Shown in pieces: positions 20,096-29,213 of a stretch of DNA of 64,000 nucleotides. The stretch lies in NCBI GenBank assembly GCA_965217775.1, contig CBDCJH010000002.1, positions 6,176,001-6,240,000 on the forward strand. The letters are read 5' to 3'. A program made the position numbers and the translations under genes. This DNA comes from Acidobacteriota bacterium (GTDB lineage Bacteria > Acidobacteriota > UBA6911 > RPQK01 > JAJDTT01). A model generated the notes under the pieces. That model worked only from the letters and a program-made list of their open reading frames with translations, was not told the DNA's origin and ran no database searches. Each line of letters opens with the position of its first letter. Position 1 is the stretch's first letter.

Positions 20096-21256
20096 ATGAG
20101 TGACGACAGCAAGCCCCGCTGGACCGGCGGCGGCTGGGTGCTGCCCAGTGCGGCCGGCGACACGCCGGTCATAGACGCGCACTACCACATCTTCCCTCGG
20201 CTCGGGTCGTAGCCGGAAGGGATCCCCCCGGCGCTACGGCTGAAGTTCTGGCAGTACCACTCGCGCGAATGGATCGATTTCCGGCGGACCGGCACCGGCG
20301 AGCATGTCGGCGAGCGCCTCCTCGAATTCGGCTCGCACTCCATCGCCGACATGCCGGACGTCGGCTTTCGCCTGACCGACCATGGCCAGGCGGAGATCAC
20401 CGTCGACGGGGTCACCTATCGGATGCAGATCTACCCGCCCAGCCTGACCAACAACGAAGCCACGCCGGAGTGAATGGTGGCGGAGATGGACCTGGCAGGC
20501 GTCGACGTGGGCGTGCTCCAGTCGGACCACGTCTACGGGGACCTCAACGAATACTACGCCGAGGCGTCCGCTCGGTATCCCGGTCGGTTCATCGCGCTGG
20601 CTCAGATCTGGGAGCCGGAAGCCGACGCCGCCGGCAGGCTAGCCCGTTTGCGGGAGGGGTTCGATGAGCTGGGCATGCGCGGCCTGTACTTCAGCGTCGA
20701 GCCGCTGTCGGTGATGCGGGTCGACCGCTCGCTGTACCACCCCAGTTTCGATGCCCTCTGGCATCTGGTCGAGGGGCGGGCGATCCCGGTGTTCTGGTTC
20801 CTGGACGACCGCGCGCTGGACCGGGTGGGCCTGTTCATGCGCCGGGTGGCGGAACTGGACGAGTGGACCCGGCGGCATCCGGAGGTGCCGTGCGTGATCA
20901 CCCACGGCTTGGTGCCGGCGGCGATCATCCATCAGATCGGAGTGCCGGAGGAGCTGCTGCGCGTGCTCGAACGGCCGCAGGTGCACGCCGAACTGCTGAT
21001 CCCGGCCAAGTGGCCCGACTACCCGTACCCCGAAGGTCAGATGCTCCTGCGCGAGCTGCGCGACCGCGTCGGCGCCGAGTCGCTGCTGTGGGGGAGCGAC
21101 AGCCCGTACGGGATGTCGCAGTGGTGCACCTACCGGCAGTCGCTCGACTTCATCCGGGTGCACTGCGACTTCCTGTCGGCGGCGGAGAAAGCGTTGATCC
21201 TGGGTGGAAATGCCGCACGGCTGTTCGGCCTGGATCGTTCGGCGCCGCGAGGCTGA
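20096..21256 (+). pseudogene. Amidohydrolase_2 family gene with two in-frame stops
   Basis: VIDAHYH...*(TAG 20210)...*(TGA 20471)MVAEMDLAGVD...LLWGSDSP...ILGGNAARLF, all in one frame. Confidence 0.8.
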
Positions 21257-21266
21257 GGCCGTCGGG

Positions 21267-21668
21267 TCACGCCCGTTCGTAGACCAGAGCGGCAGCGAGT
21301 CCGCAGGCGACGATCTGAATCGTCCCATAGACGAACCAAGCCAGGGCCAGTGAGAGAGTGATGGGCTGCACGGCATAGGTGGCGAACGCCGCCGGGACGG
21401 AGATCAGGAGGCCGACCAGCAGTCCGTATCGAATCCCTTCCATGGGACCCTTCCCTTCGTAACCCTTGGTGAAGATATAGGTGAAGAGCAGGGACCAGAC
21501 GAGCGCGACCAGATAGATCAAGCCCAGGTTGATCTCCTCCGGCATGCGCCACAACGAATAGGTCTCCTGGTAATAGGGTGTCAAGAGCACCTGATGGATG
21601 ATGAATCCCAGGACCTCGTGCACGACGAAAACCGCCGCGACGGCCAGGACAAATTTCTTGTTCATCAT
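21267..21668 (-). CDS. Four-TM membrane protein (DUF1761-like)
   Basis: Four hydrophobic segments; EGIRYGLLVGLL; GGAGG upstream. Confidence 0.7.
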   Translation of the reverse strand: MMNKKFVLAVAAVFVVHEVLGFIIHQVLLTPYYQETYSLWRMPEEINLGLIYLVALVWSLLFTYIFTKGYEGKGPMEGIRYGLLVGLLISVPAAFATYAVQPITLSLALAWFVYGTIQIVACGLAAALVYERA

Positions 21669-22002
21669 TTTCTTCCCTCCCATGAAATGAGTCCTATGTA
21701 CAGCATGTCGAGACGCCAATGCCTCGTGCCGGTCCCCGCCATGACAACGCCGTCAACCGCCATGCCAGTGAGGGGCCGGGGATCGGGTTTGGAGAGGTCG
21801 TCCGCACAATCCTCAAAGCCGGTCGCAGTGGCGTAGAGCCTGGTACGGATTGGCTCGCAAGCGATCTGCAACCGTGTGGACATGGACTCGATTCTAAGTC
21901 AAAACCCCCACCGAATCAGTGGCTCAACCTTGCAATCATGGATTTGTCCTCCACGAATGCAAGGTTCTCCTCGTGAAAAGAATACTGAGCCGCAATTGTT
22001 GC

Positions 22003-22039
22003 TTGACAATAGGTGTACTAGGTGAAATAGTACACCTAT
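22003..22039 (+). promoter_or_regulatory. Sigma70 promoter overlapped by a YtrA-type operator palindrome
   Basis: TTGACA at 22003; perfect 12-bp arms ATAGGTGTACTA-N7-TAGTACACCTAT reaching the ATG. Confidence 0.8.
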
Positions 22040-22451
22040 GCTTCCCTTTACGGTCCGGTTGCGAACCGGCGTCTCGGTCTACCGGCAACTGGTCTATTCG
22101 GTCCAGAAGGCGGTGGTCTCGGGACAGTTGCTACCCGGCGACCGGTTTCCTTCCGTGCGAAACCTGAGCCAGGAACTCCGGATCAATCCCAACACGGCTC
22201 AGAAGGTAGTGAGACGGTTGGTGGACCAGGGCCTCCTGGAGGTCCAGCCGGGCATCGGGACCATCGTGGCCGAGCTTCCGGAGGCGACCCCGCGAGAACG
22301 CTCGGCGCTGTTGGAGGACGAGGTGGAACAGTTGGTGGTCGAGGCCAGGAGGCTGTCCCTGACCCGGAAACAACTGTTTCGAGCTGTGGAGGACCAGTGG
22401 GACCGGCTCTCGCATGCCGGGAATCAGAGGAAGCAGGAGAAGGAGGGCTGA
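22038..22451 (+). CDS. GntR-family regulator (YtrA subfamily)
   Basis: VYRQL, PGDRFPSVRNLSQELRINPNT and GIGTIV motifs; short C-domain; precedes an ABC ATPase. Confidence 0.92.
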   Translation: MLPFTVRLRTGVSVYRQLVYSVQKAVVSGQLLPGDRFPSVRNLSQELRINPNTAQKVVRRLVDQGLLEVQPGIGTIVAELPEATPRERSALLEDEVEQLVVEARRLSLTRKQLFRAVEDQWDRLSHAGNQRKQEKEG

Positions 22452-22452
22452 C

Positions 22453-23370
22453 ATGAACGCCGTCATCGAGACTCAAGGACTGACCCGTCGATTCCGGAAG
22501 ACCGTCGCCGTCAAAGATCTCTCTTTGGAGGTTTCCGCCGGCAGCATCTTTGCCCTGCTCGGCCCCAACGGTGCCGGCAAAACCACGCTCATCAAGATGA
22601 TCATGAACATGGTCTGGCCCTCGGGGGGCAAGGCCGCGATTCTGGGGACCGATTCGCTCCGGCTGGGTCCGCCCCAGTTGGAACGGATCGGCTACGTCTC
22701 CGAGAACCAGGAGCTTCCCGAATGGATGACCGTCCAGGAGCTGATCGACTACTGCCGGCCCTTCTACCCGGCTTGGGACGACGATTTATGCCGCCGGCTG
22801 ATCCACCAGTTCAACCTCCCCTTGGCGCGTAAGCTGAAGACCTTTTCCCGAGGGATGAAGGTCAAGGCAGCGCTGTTGTCGTCCCTTTCCTACCGACCGG
22901 AACTGATGATTCTGGACGAACCCTTCACCGGCCTCGACGCGCTGGTCCGGGATGAACTGATTCGGGGTCTGCTGGAGGTGACGGATCAACAGGAGCGGAC
23001 CATTTTCATCGCGTCCCACGACATCGACGAAGTGGAGCGCCTGGCCGATTGGGTGGGCGTGATCCACAAAGGAGAAATGCAGTTGTCTGAGCCTGCGGCG
23101 TCGCTCCGGGCCCGCTTCCGGCAATGCGAGGCGACATTGGAACAGAACCAGGAAGTGCCGGAGATACTGCCGGAAACGTGGTTGCTGGTCCAGCGGGCTG
23201 GACAGGTCCTCAGTTTCGTAGACAGCGGGTTCCAAAACGGAACCGGTGTAGAAAACATTCGGGAGATCCTTCCGGAGATCAAGGACTTGGACGTGAGTCC
23301 CATGTCTCTGAAGGAGGTCTTTCTGGCCTTGGCTCGAACTTGGCGGCTCTACGACGAGGAGGGGAGATGA
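22453..23370 (+). CDS. ABC transporter ATP-binding protein
   Basis: GPNGAGKTT, FSRGMK, ILDEP and SHD motifs. Confidence 0.93.
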   Translation: MNAVIETQGLTRRFRKTVAVKDLSLEVSAGSIFALLGPNGAGKTTLIKMIMNMVWPSGGKAAILGTDSLRLGPPQLERIGYVSENQELPEWMTVQELIDYCRPFYPAWDDDLCRRLIHQFNLPLARKLKTFSRGMKVKAALLSSLSYRPELMILDEPFTGLDALVRDELIRGLLEVTDQQERTIFIASHDIDEVERLADWVGVIHKGEMQLSEPAASLRARFRQCEATLEQNQEVPEILPETWLLVQRAGQVLSFVDSGFQNGTGVENIREILPEIKDLDVSPMSLKEVFLALARTWRLYDEEGR

Positions 23371-25019
23371 ACCTGATACTCCACATCGTTCGCAAGGACT
23401 TTCGGCACCTGCGTCTCTATCTGGCCGGTTGGTTGGGATTGTTGATCGTCGCACCCGTCGTCGTCACGCTCGAGTGGCGTCTGCAGCTCTTCTCGATCGC
23501 TCTCATTGGAGTACTGAAGATCGTCTTGCTGGCGTTGATCGTTTCGAGTTTGGTCCACAGCGACTCTCTCGTGGGCACCACGTCATTCTGGCTGAGCAGA
23601 CCCGTATCCGGCCGGCAGCTCCTGGCCGCCAAGTCGTTTTTTTTGGCCGGCACACTGATTTTCCCCACTCTTCTGGTTGAAGTCCTAATTCTCCTATTTA
23701 ATAGCGTGACCGCACGGGACATTCTTCGTTCTGTTCCTGAGACCCTTCTCTACACTCTCTTGGCCATTGCAATCCTCATGGTGCTAGCGGCATTGACTCG
23801 TAGCCTTCTCGAGATGTTGGCCTTTGGGCTTGTCTCTGTGGTCGCTATGACTGTGTTTGCGTTTGCGATCGCGGTAGTTGGGGGCTTTTCTTTTACCGAA
23901 TCGGGGCCTTTCGATCATATGGCCAGTATGACTTTCCAAAAGTCAAAATGGATAGGGTTTTTTCTTTGCCTCATGGTGACCGCCGTGATCATGGTCTGGG
24001 TTCAGTTTCTGACCCGACGGACCAGGCAAAATTTACTCTTGACATTGTCGGCACTTTTCCCCTGTGTTCTTTTGCCCACGCAATTGTGGACATGGGACCT
24101 CATGGCCGCAGTACGGAGTCCGGAGCATAAAATAGTAGACTCAGACGGGATTACGGCACGGATCGACCAGCAGAGTCTCAAGTTTTTCCGAAAAGCCTCG
24201 ACGTCGTTGCGAGATAGACGGCTAGTTCTCCACGGGAACATCGTGGTTGAGAATCAACCTCCCGATCTAATGGTCGTGCCACTTAGGGTCGTTTCACGCG
24301 TGTCCTTTGGTTCCGAAGATTTCGGATATAGCGAGCACGATGTGAACAAGTATGAATACAGGCAACTTGGAGCCGGAGGTTTTGGATCTGCAGACTCGGA
24401 TCTGGATGACGCTCGCGTCGAGGTTTTTGAAAAGGCTCTAGGAAGTGTGAGCCTTTTCGCCGACAAATATAGACTTGAACCTGGGTATGTTCCCAAGTTC
24501 TCGGAGATTCCCGAAGAGGACTATGAGAGACGGGCGGCAACCCATGGCAAGCTCTCGGCGAAGGTAGAGTTTCTTATTCAAAAGCTTGAGATCACGCCGC
24601 TGGCTATGGAAGAGGGGGCTCGATATCGCCGAGGCTCAGATCACGCCGAAGTCCTGGAAACGACCATTCTAGGAAAACGAAACAAAATAATGGAGATCAG
24701 CCTGAAGGAGTCAAGCCACTGGCTGTTGCCGGATCGACCAAAAGGCCGGTGGTACGTCTTGCGAAATCGCTCTCGAGGAGAGGCGCTATTGGGGAACGAA
24801 CGGAACTCAAATTTATTCGGCGTAGTTCCTTTTATCCTCCCTACAGTAAGTTTCAATCATTTGAGGCTCGAATTTTTCCTGCCGCATGTCGATCCCTCTT
24901 ACGGTCCCGAATGGTTTGAAGGAGCTGAACTCTTCAGAATCGACATCACCTACCTCGGTTCCGTTTCCAAGTCGCTTCACATGCAGAACCTCGTCATGAA
25001 GGACATCCCCGGTCCCTGA
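23367..25019 (+). CDS. ABC-2-type permease with large soluble C-terminal domain
   Basis: ATGA overlap; HIVRKDFRHLR; FWLSRPVSGRQLLAAK; multiple TM helices. Confidence 0.8.
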   Translation: MNLILHIVRKDFRHLRLYLAGWLGLLIVAPVVVTLEWRLQLFSIALIGVLKIVLLALIVSSLVHSDSLVGTTSFWLSRPVSGRQLLAAKSFFLAGTLIFPTLLVEVLILLFNSVTARDILRSVPETLLYTLLAIAILMVLAALTRSLLEMLAFGLVSVVAMTVFAFAIAVVGGFSFTESGPFDHMASMTFQKSKWIGFFLCLMVTAVIMVWVQFLTRRTRQNLLLTLSALFPCVLLPTQLWTWDLMAAVRSPEHKIVDSDGITARIDQQSLKFFRKASTSLRDRRLVLHGNIVVENQPPDLMVVPLRVVSRVSFGSEDFGYSEHDVNKYEYRQLGAGGFGSADSDLDDARVEVFEKALGSVSLFADKYRLEPGYVPKFSEIPEEDYERRAATHGKLSAKVEFLIQKLEITPLAMEEGARYRRGSDHAEVLETTILGKRNKIMEISLKESSHWLLPDRPKGRWYVLRNRSRGEALLGNERNSNLFGVVPFILPTVSFNHLRLEFFLPHVDPSYGPEWFEGAELFRIDITYLGSVSKSLHMQNLVMKDIPGP

Positions 25020-25081
25020 CCGGCTGGATTGTTGATTCCGGGGTGTCCGGCTGCTATCAATCTCTCGAGGAGGAAGCGCCG

Positions 25082-26638
25082 ATGAAGTCCGGGTCACGCC
25101 AGAAAAATCGAAACGATCAGGTGGACAGGCGGTGTTTCATCCAGGGAAGTGCTGTCACCGCCCTGACGGCCGCCGCTTCCTGCGCCGGACCGGGCAGCGA
25201 TTCCGGTGGCTCTGCAACAGCCATCGAACTGGAGAACCGCAAGCCGGGTACACGGGACTGGCAGTTGACCCGGGTCTGGGTCGACCGCGGAAGCTATCGC
25301 AGCGCCCGCATCGAAGGGTACTGCTCCCACCAGTCCATCGAGGCCGGCGACACCCTCTCCATCTTCGTCAGCACCGAACCCGCCAGCCCCTTCCGACTGG
25401 ACTTCTACCGGATGGGCTACTATGGCGGCCACGGCGGACGTCTGATGAAAACGGCGGGACCGTTGGAGGGCACGCCCCAACCCCTGCCGGAGGTCGGGCC
25501 CAATCGGCTGCGCGAGTGCCGCTGGGAACCGAGCCTCGAATTCAAGATCCCCGAAGACTGGACCAGCGGAGTCTATCTGGGCAAGCTCACTACGCTCCCG
25601 GCGGGGAATCAGCCCTACTGGCAGAGCTACGTCATTTTCATCGTCCGGGACCGGCGGCCGGCGCACCTGCTCTTCCAGTGCTCGGACAACACCTGGCAGG
25701 CCTACAACCGCTGGCCCGACAACTACTCCCTTTACACCCATCCCGAGGGAGCCCACCATCCCGGCGTGGCGGCCAGCTTCGATCGGCCCTACGCCAAGTT
25801 CCCCATGTTCGCCGATTTCCCCCTTTCGGTGGGGACGGGGGAGTTCCTGCTCTGGGAGTATCCCCTCTGCTACTGGCTGGAACGGGAAGGACTGGACGTC
25901 ACCTATTGCTGCAACTGCGACGTGCTCGAGCCGTCGTTCGTGACCCGCTGCCGGGCCTTCGTCAGCGTCGGACACGACGAGTACTGGGACCTGGCCCAGT
26001 ACCGGGCCATCGAAACCGCCATCGGGGAAGGGCTCAACATCCTCTGGCTCAGCGCCAACGACGTCTACATGGTCAGTCCCTTTACGCCTTCCTCGACCGG
26101 CGCCCCCAACCGCATCATCACCCGGCTCCACAGCTATGGCCCGCTCCGTCCCGAAGAGATCGAGAGATATTCGAAGATTCTGGGTCCCTTCGAGGGGGCC
26201 GGCCCCGATGAGCGGAACATCATCGGCGCCCGCACCGTGGTCCCCTTCAACGGATCCGGCGACTGGATCTGCACGGCGCCGGAGCACTGGATCTTCGAGG
26301 GGACCGGCATGGCGAAGGGAGACTTCATTCCGGGTCTGGTGGGCTGGGAGTTTCACGGCGACCCGGACCTGGAGCGGGAGGGTCTGGAGGTCGTGGCCCA
26401 GGGGACTGTCTGGACTCACGGAGTGACTCCAGGGGAGTGGGCCGCCACCATCTTCCCCGGTCCCAAGGGGAACTTCGTCTTCAATGCCTCCACCATCTTC
26501 TGGGCCCAGGGTCTGGACTTTCCGCCGGGGCACACCGTGCCCTGGACCCATTTCACCCGGCCCCACGGCCCTGATCCGAGGGTTCAGCGCATCACCCGAA
26601 ATCTCATCGACCGGGCCGCCGCTCCGAACCCGCTCTGA
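25082..26638 (+). CDS. DUF6605 / N,N-dimethylformamidase beta-subunit-like protein, Tat signal
   Basis: DRRCFI Tat motif; TWQAYNRW, SFDRPY and SVGHDEYW motifs. Confidence 0.8.
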   Translation: MKSGSRQKNRNDQVDRRCFIQGSAVTALTAAASCAGPGSDSGGSATAIELENRKPGTRDWQLTRVWVDRGSYRSARIEGYCSHQSIEAGDTLSIFVSTEPASPFRLDFYRMGYYGGHGGRLMKTAGPLEGTPQPLPEVGPNRLRECRWEPSLEFKIPEDWTSGVYLGKLTTLPAGNQPYWQSYVIFIVRDRRPAHLLFQCSDNTWQAYNRWPDNYSLYTHPEGAHHPGVAASFDRPYAKFPMFADFPLSVGTGEFLLWEYPLCYWLEREGLDVTYCCNCDVLEPSFVTRCRAFVSVGHDEYWDLAQYRAIETAIGEGLNILWLSANDVYMVSPFTPSSTGAPNRIITRLHSYGPLRPEEIERYSKILGPFEGAGPDERNIIGARTVVPFNGSGDWICTAPEHWIFEGTGMAKGDFIPGLVGWEFHGDPDLEREGLEVVAQGTVWTHGVTPGEWAATIFPGPKGNFVFNASTIFWAQGLDFPPGHTVPWTHFTRPHGPDPRVQRITRNLIDRAAAPNPL

Positions 26639-26655
26639 GGGACCGACGCATCGCC

Positions 26656-27576
26656 ATGAGCCCGACGTTGCTGGTGCTGGCTGCCGGGATGGGCAGCCGC
26701 TACGGAGGCCTCAAGCAGATCGACCCGGTGGGACCCGGCGGGGAGACGCTGCTGGACTACTCCGTATACGACGCCGTCCGCGCCGGTTTCGGCCGCGTCG
26801 TCTTCATCGTGCGCGGAGACATGGAGTTGGATTTCCGGGATGCGGTGGGGACGAGGATCGAGCGGCAGGTGCCTGTGGAATACTGCCGCCAGGAGCTGGA
26901 TATGGTTCCCGCGTGGTTCTCAATCCCGCCTGAACGCCGCAAGCCTTGGGGCACGGGGCACGCCGTGCTCGCGGCCCGGGACGCCATCGGCGGGAACTTC
27001 GCCGCCGTCAACGCCGACGACTTCTACGGCGCCGGCTCCTACCGGAAGCTGGCAGGTCTCCTCGAGCGGGCGGCGGACGGCCGCGGGGGCGACTACGGGA
27101 TGGTGGGATTCCGTTTGCGCGATACGCTCTCGGACCACGGCACCGTGGCCCGTGGGGTTTGCCGCAGCCGCCAGGGTTTCCTGGTTCAGGTGGCAGAGAT
27201 GACCCGAATCGAGAAGACCGGCGAGGGAGCCTGCTACACCGGCCCGGAGGGGCAGGTCCACGCCCTCTCCGGAGACGAACTGGTCTCCATGAACATGTGG
27301 GGGTTCACCCCATGCATTTTCGACCATCTGGAACGGGCTTTTACCCAGTTCCTGCGAGAGCAGGGCAGGGAAGAGGGGGCCGAGTTCATGATTCCCACGT
27401 TGGTCAACGACCTCGTCGCCGCCGGTCAGGCGAAGGTCCGGGTGCTCAGCGCCGTGGATGCCTGGTTCGGGGTCACCTACCGCGAGGACCGGGACCGGGT
27501 CACGAGTCAGATTCGGGAGCTGGTACGCCGTGGATCCTATCCGACCCCCCTTTGGCGAGAATTTTTCTATCTATAG
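26656..27576 (+). CDS. Sugar-phosphate nucleotidyltransferase family protein
   Basis: LAAGMGSRYGGLKQ, KPWGTGHA, NADDFYG and WFGVTYRED motifs. Confidence 0.9.
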   Translation: MSPTLLVLAAGMGSRYGGLKQIDPVGPGGETLLDYSVYDAVRAGFGRVVFIVRGDMELDFRDAVGTRIERQVPVEYCRQELDMVPAWFSIPPERRKPWGTGHAVLAARDAIGGNFAAVNADDFYGAGSYRKLAGLLERAADGRGGDYGMVGFRLRDTLSDHGTVARGVCRSRQGFLVQVAEMTRIEKTGEGACYTGPEGQVHALSGDELVSMNMWGFTPCIFDHLERAFTQFLREQGREEGAEFMIPTLVNDLVAAGQAKVRVLSAVDAWFGVTYREDRDRVTSQIRELVRRGSYPTPLWREFFYL

Positions 27577-27671
27577 AAAATCAGGAGTCAGTATTTACTA
27601 TTGATAGTAAATACATGTCCCATTGTGGGGAAGCAGCGGGTGACGACGCCACGGCAAGGCCGGAGCGGCGC

Positions 27672-27701
27672 TTGACAGGGATTCGGCTTCAGGGGTACCT
27701 T
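27672..27701 (+). promoter_or_regulatory. Putative sigma70 promoter for the DUF1501 operon
   Basis: TTGACA-N18-TACCTT about 30 bp upstream of the ATG. Confidence 0.4.
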
Positions 27702-27732
27702 TCAACCATATATCTACCCCGGCGGTGATCCC

Positions 27733-29208
27733 ATGAACTTACCTGAAGGTTTCCAGATTCCGGGACGGAATTCCATTTCCCGGCGGCAACTTCTGGCCCG
27801 GTCCGGACTCGGTTTCGGCAGCATCGCGCTGGCCAGTCTTCTGGATTCCGAGAACCTCCTGGGGACTCCGGCGCTCGACCGGTCGCGACCTTACATGGAC
27901 CTCAAGCCGCGGACAGGACATTTCCCGGGTCCGGCCAAGGCGGTGATCCAACTGGTACAGAACGGCGGACCCAGCCAGATGGATCTCTTCGACCCCAAGC
28001 CCGAGCTCACCAGGAGAGCCGGCCAGCCCCATCCCGACGGGGTCGAGATCCACCAGCCCAACAACCTGAACATCCTCATGCCCTGCCCCTACGAGTTCAA
28101 GCAGCACGGGCAGTCGGGCATGGAGATCTCGGAGGTGCTGCCCCACCTGAGCGGCATGGCGGACGAACTCTGCATGGTCCGGTCCATGTATTCCGTGCAC
28201 AACAACCATCCCGAGGGGCTCAACAACCTCCTGACTTCCCAGATCTTTCCGGGACGGCCGGTGATGGGCTCCTGGATCAGCTACGCCCTGGGCACCGAGA
28301 ATCAGAACCTACCCGCCTATGTGGTGCTCCGGGCCCCGGAGGGCTACAGCGTCAGCGGTAAGATCCTCTGGTCCAGCGGTTGGCTCCCGGCCCTCTACCA
28401 GGGAGTCGAGTTCAGTTCCATCGGAACCCCCGTGCATCACCTCCAACAGGAGGTCCCGCTGCCGCCGGGGGTACAGCGCCAGAGCCTAGACCTGTTGGCC
28501 CGCCTCAACCAACGGCATCTCGTCGATCACCCGGAGACGTCGGAGTTGGAAGCTCGAATCCAAAACTACGAGTTGGCGGCGCGGATGCAGTTGGCCGCGG
28601 CCGACGTTCTGGATCTTTCCCAGGAGTCGGAGGCCACCCGGAAGATGTACGGCCTGGACGACCCGATGACCGCCCCGTACGCGACCCGCTGTCTCATGGC
28701 TCGGCGTTTGGTGGAGTCGGGAGTCCGGTTCGTGCAGGTCTTCTCGGGCAAGGGTCAGCCCTGGGACAGCCACAGCAAGCTCAAGACCAACCTGGCCAAG
28801 ATCTGCGCCCAGACGGACCAGCCGACGGCCGCCCTGATCAAGGACCTGAAGAGCCGGGGTCTGCTCCAGAGCACTATCATCATGTGGGCCGGCGAGTTCG
28901 GGCGGCTTCCCACCACGCAGAACTCGGACGGGCGGGACCACAACCGGAACGCCTTCACCATCCTGTTCGCCGGAGGGGGCTTCAAGCCCGGCCTGACCTA
29001 CGGCGCCACCGACGAGTTCGCCTACAAGGCGGTGGAGAACCGGGTCAGCTGCCCCGACATGCAGGCCACGTTGTATCGCCTGTTGGGGATCGACCATTCC
29101 CGGCTGACCTACCGCCACGGCGGCCGGGAGGAGACGCCCACCAACTTGGCCATCACCGGCGCCAAGGTGGTGAACGACCTCATCGAGCACCCCCTTCCCG
29201 GAGCCTGA
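27733..29208 (+). CDS. DUF1501 protein (Tat signal)
   Basis: SRRQLL; GGPSQMDLFDPKP, ARRLVESGVRFVQ, GEFGRLP and GRDHN motifs. Confidence 0.92.
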   Translation: MNLPEGFQIPGRNSISRRQLLARSGLGFGSIALASLLDSENLLGTPALDRSRPYMDLKPRTGHFPGPAKAVIQLVQNGGPSQMDLFDPKPELTRRAGQPHPDGVEIHQPNNLNILMPCPYEFKQHGQSGMEISEVLPHLSGMADELCMVRSMYSVHNNHPEGLNNLLTSQIFPGRPVMGSWISYALGTENQNLPAYVVLRAPEGYSVSGKILWSSGWLPALYQGVEFSSIGTPVHHLQQEVPLPPGVQRQSLDLLARLNQRHLVDHPETSELEARIQNYELAARMQLAAADVLDLSQESEATRKMYGLDDPMTAPYATRCLMARRLVESGVRFVQVFSGKGQPWDSHSKLKTNLAKICAQTDQPTAALIKDLKSRGLLQSTIIMWAGEFGRLPTTQNSDGRDHNRNAFTILFAGGGFKPGLTYGATDEFAYKAVENRVSCPDMQATLYRLLGIDHSRLTYRHGGREETPTNLAITGAKVVNDLIEHPLPGA

Positions 29209-29213
29209 CCTCC

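Noticed and set aside
20210-20473. Pyrrolysine/selenocysteine recoding
   Set aside because: Stops are not at catalytic positions, no SECIS was recognised, and C>T mutations explain both.
21665-21883. 72-aa minus-strand ORF
   Set aside because: No SD or recognisable motif.
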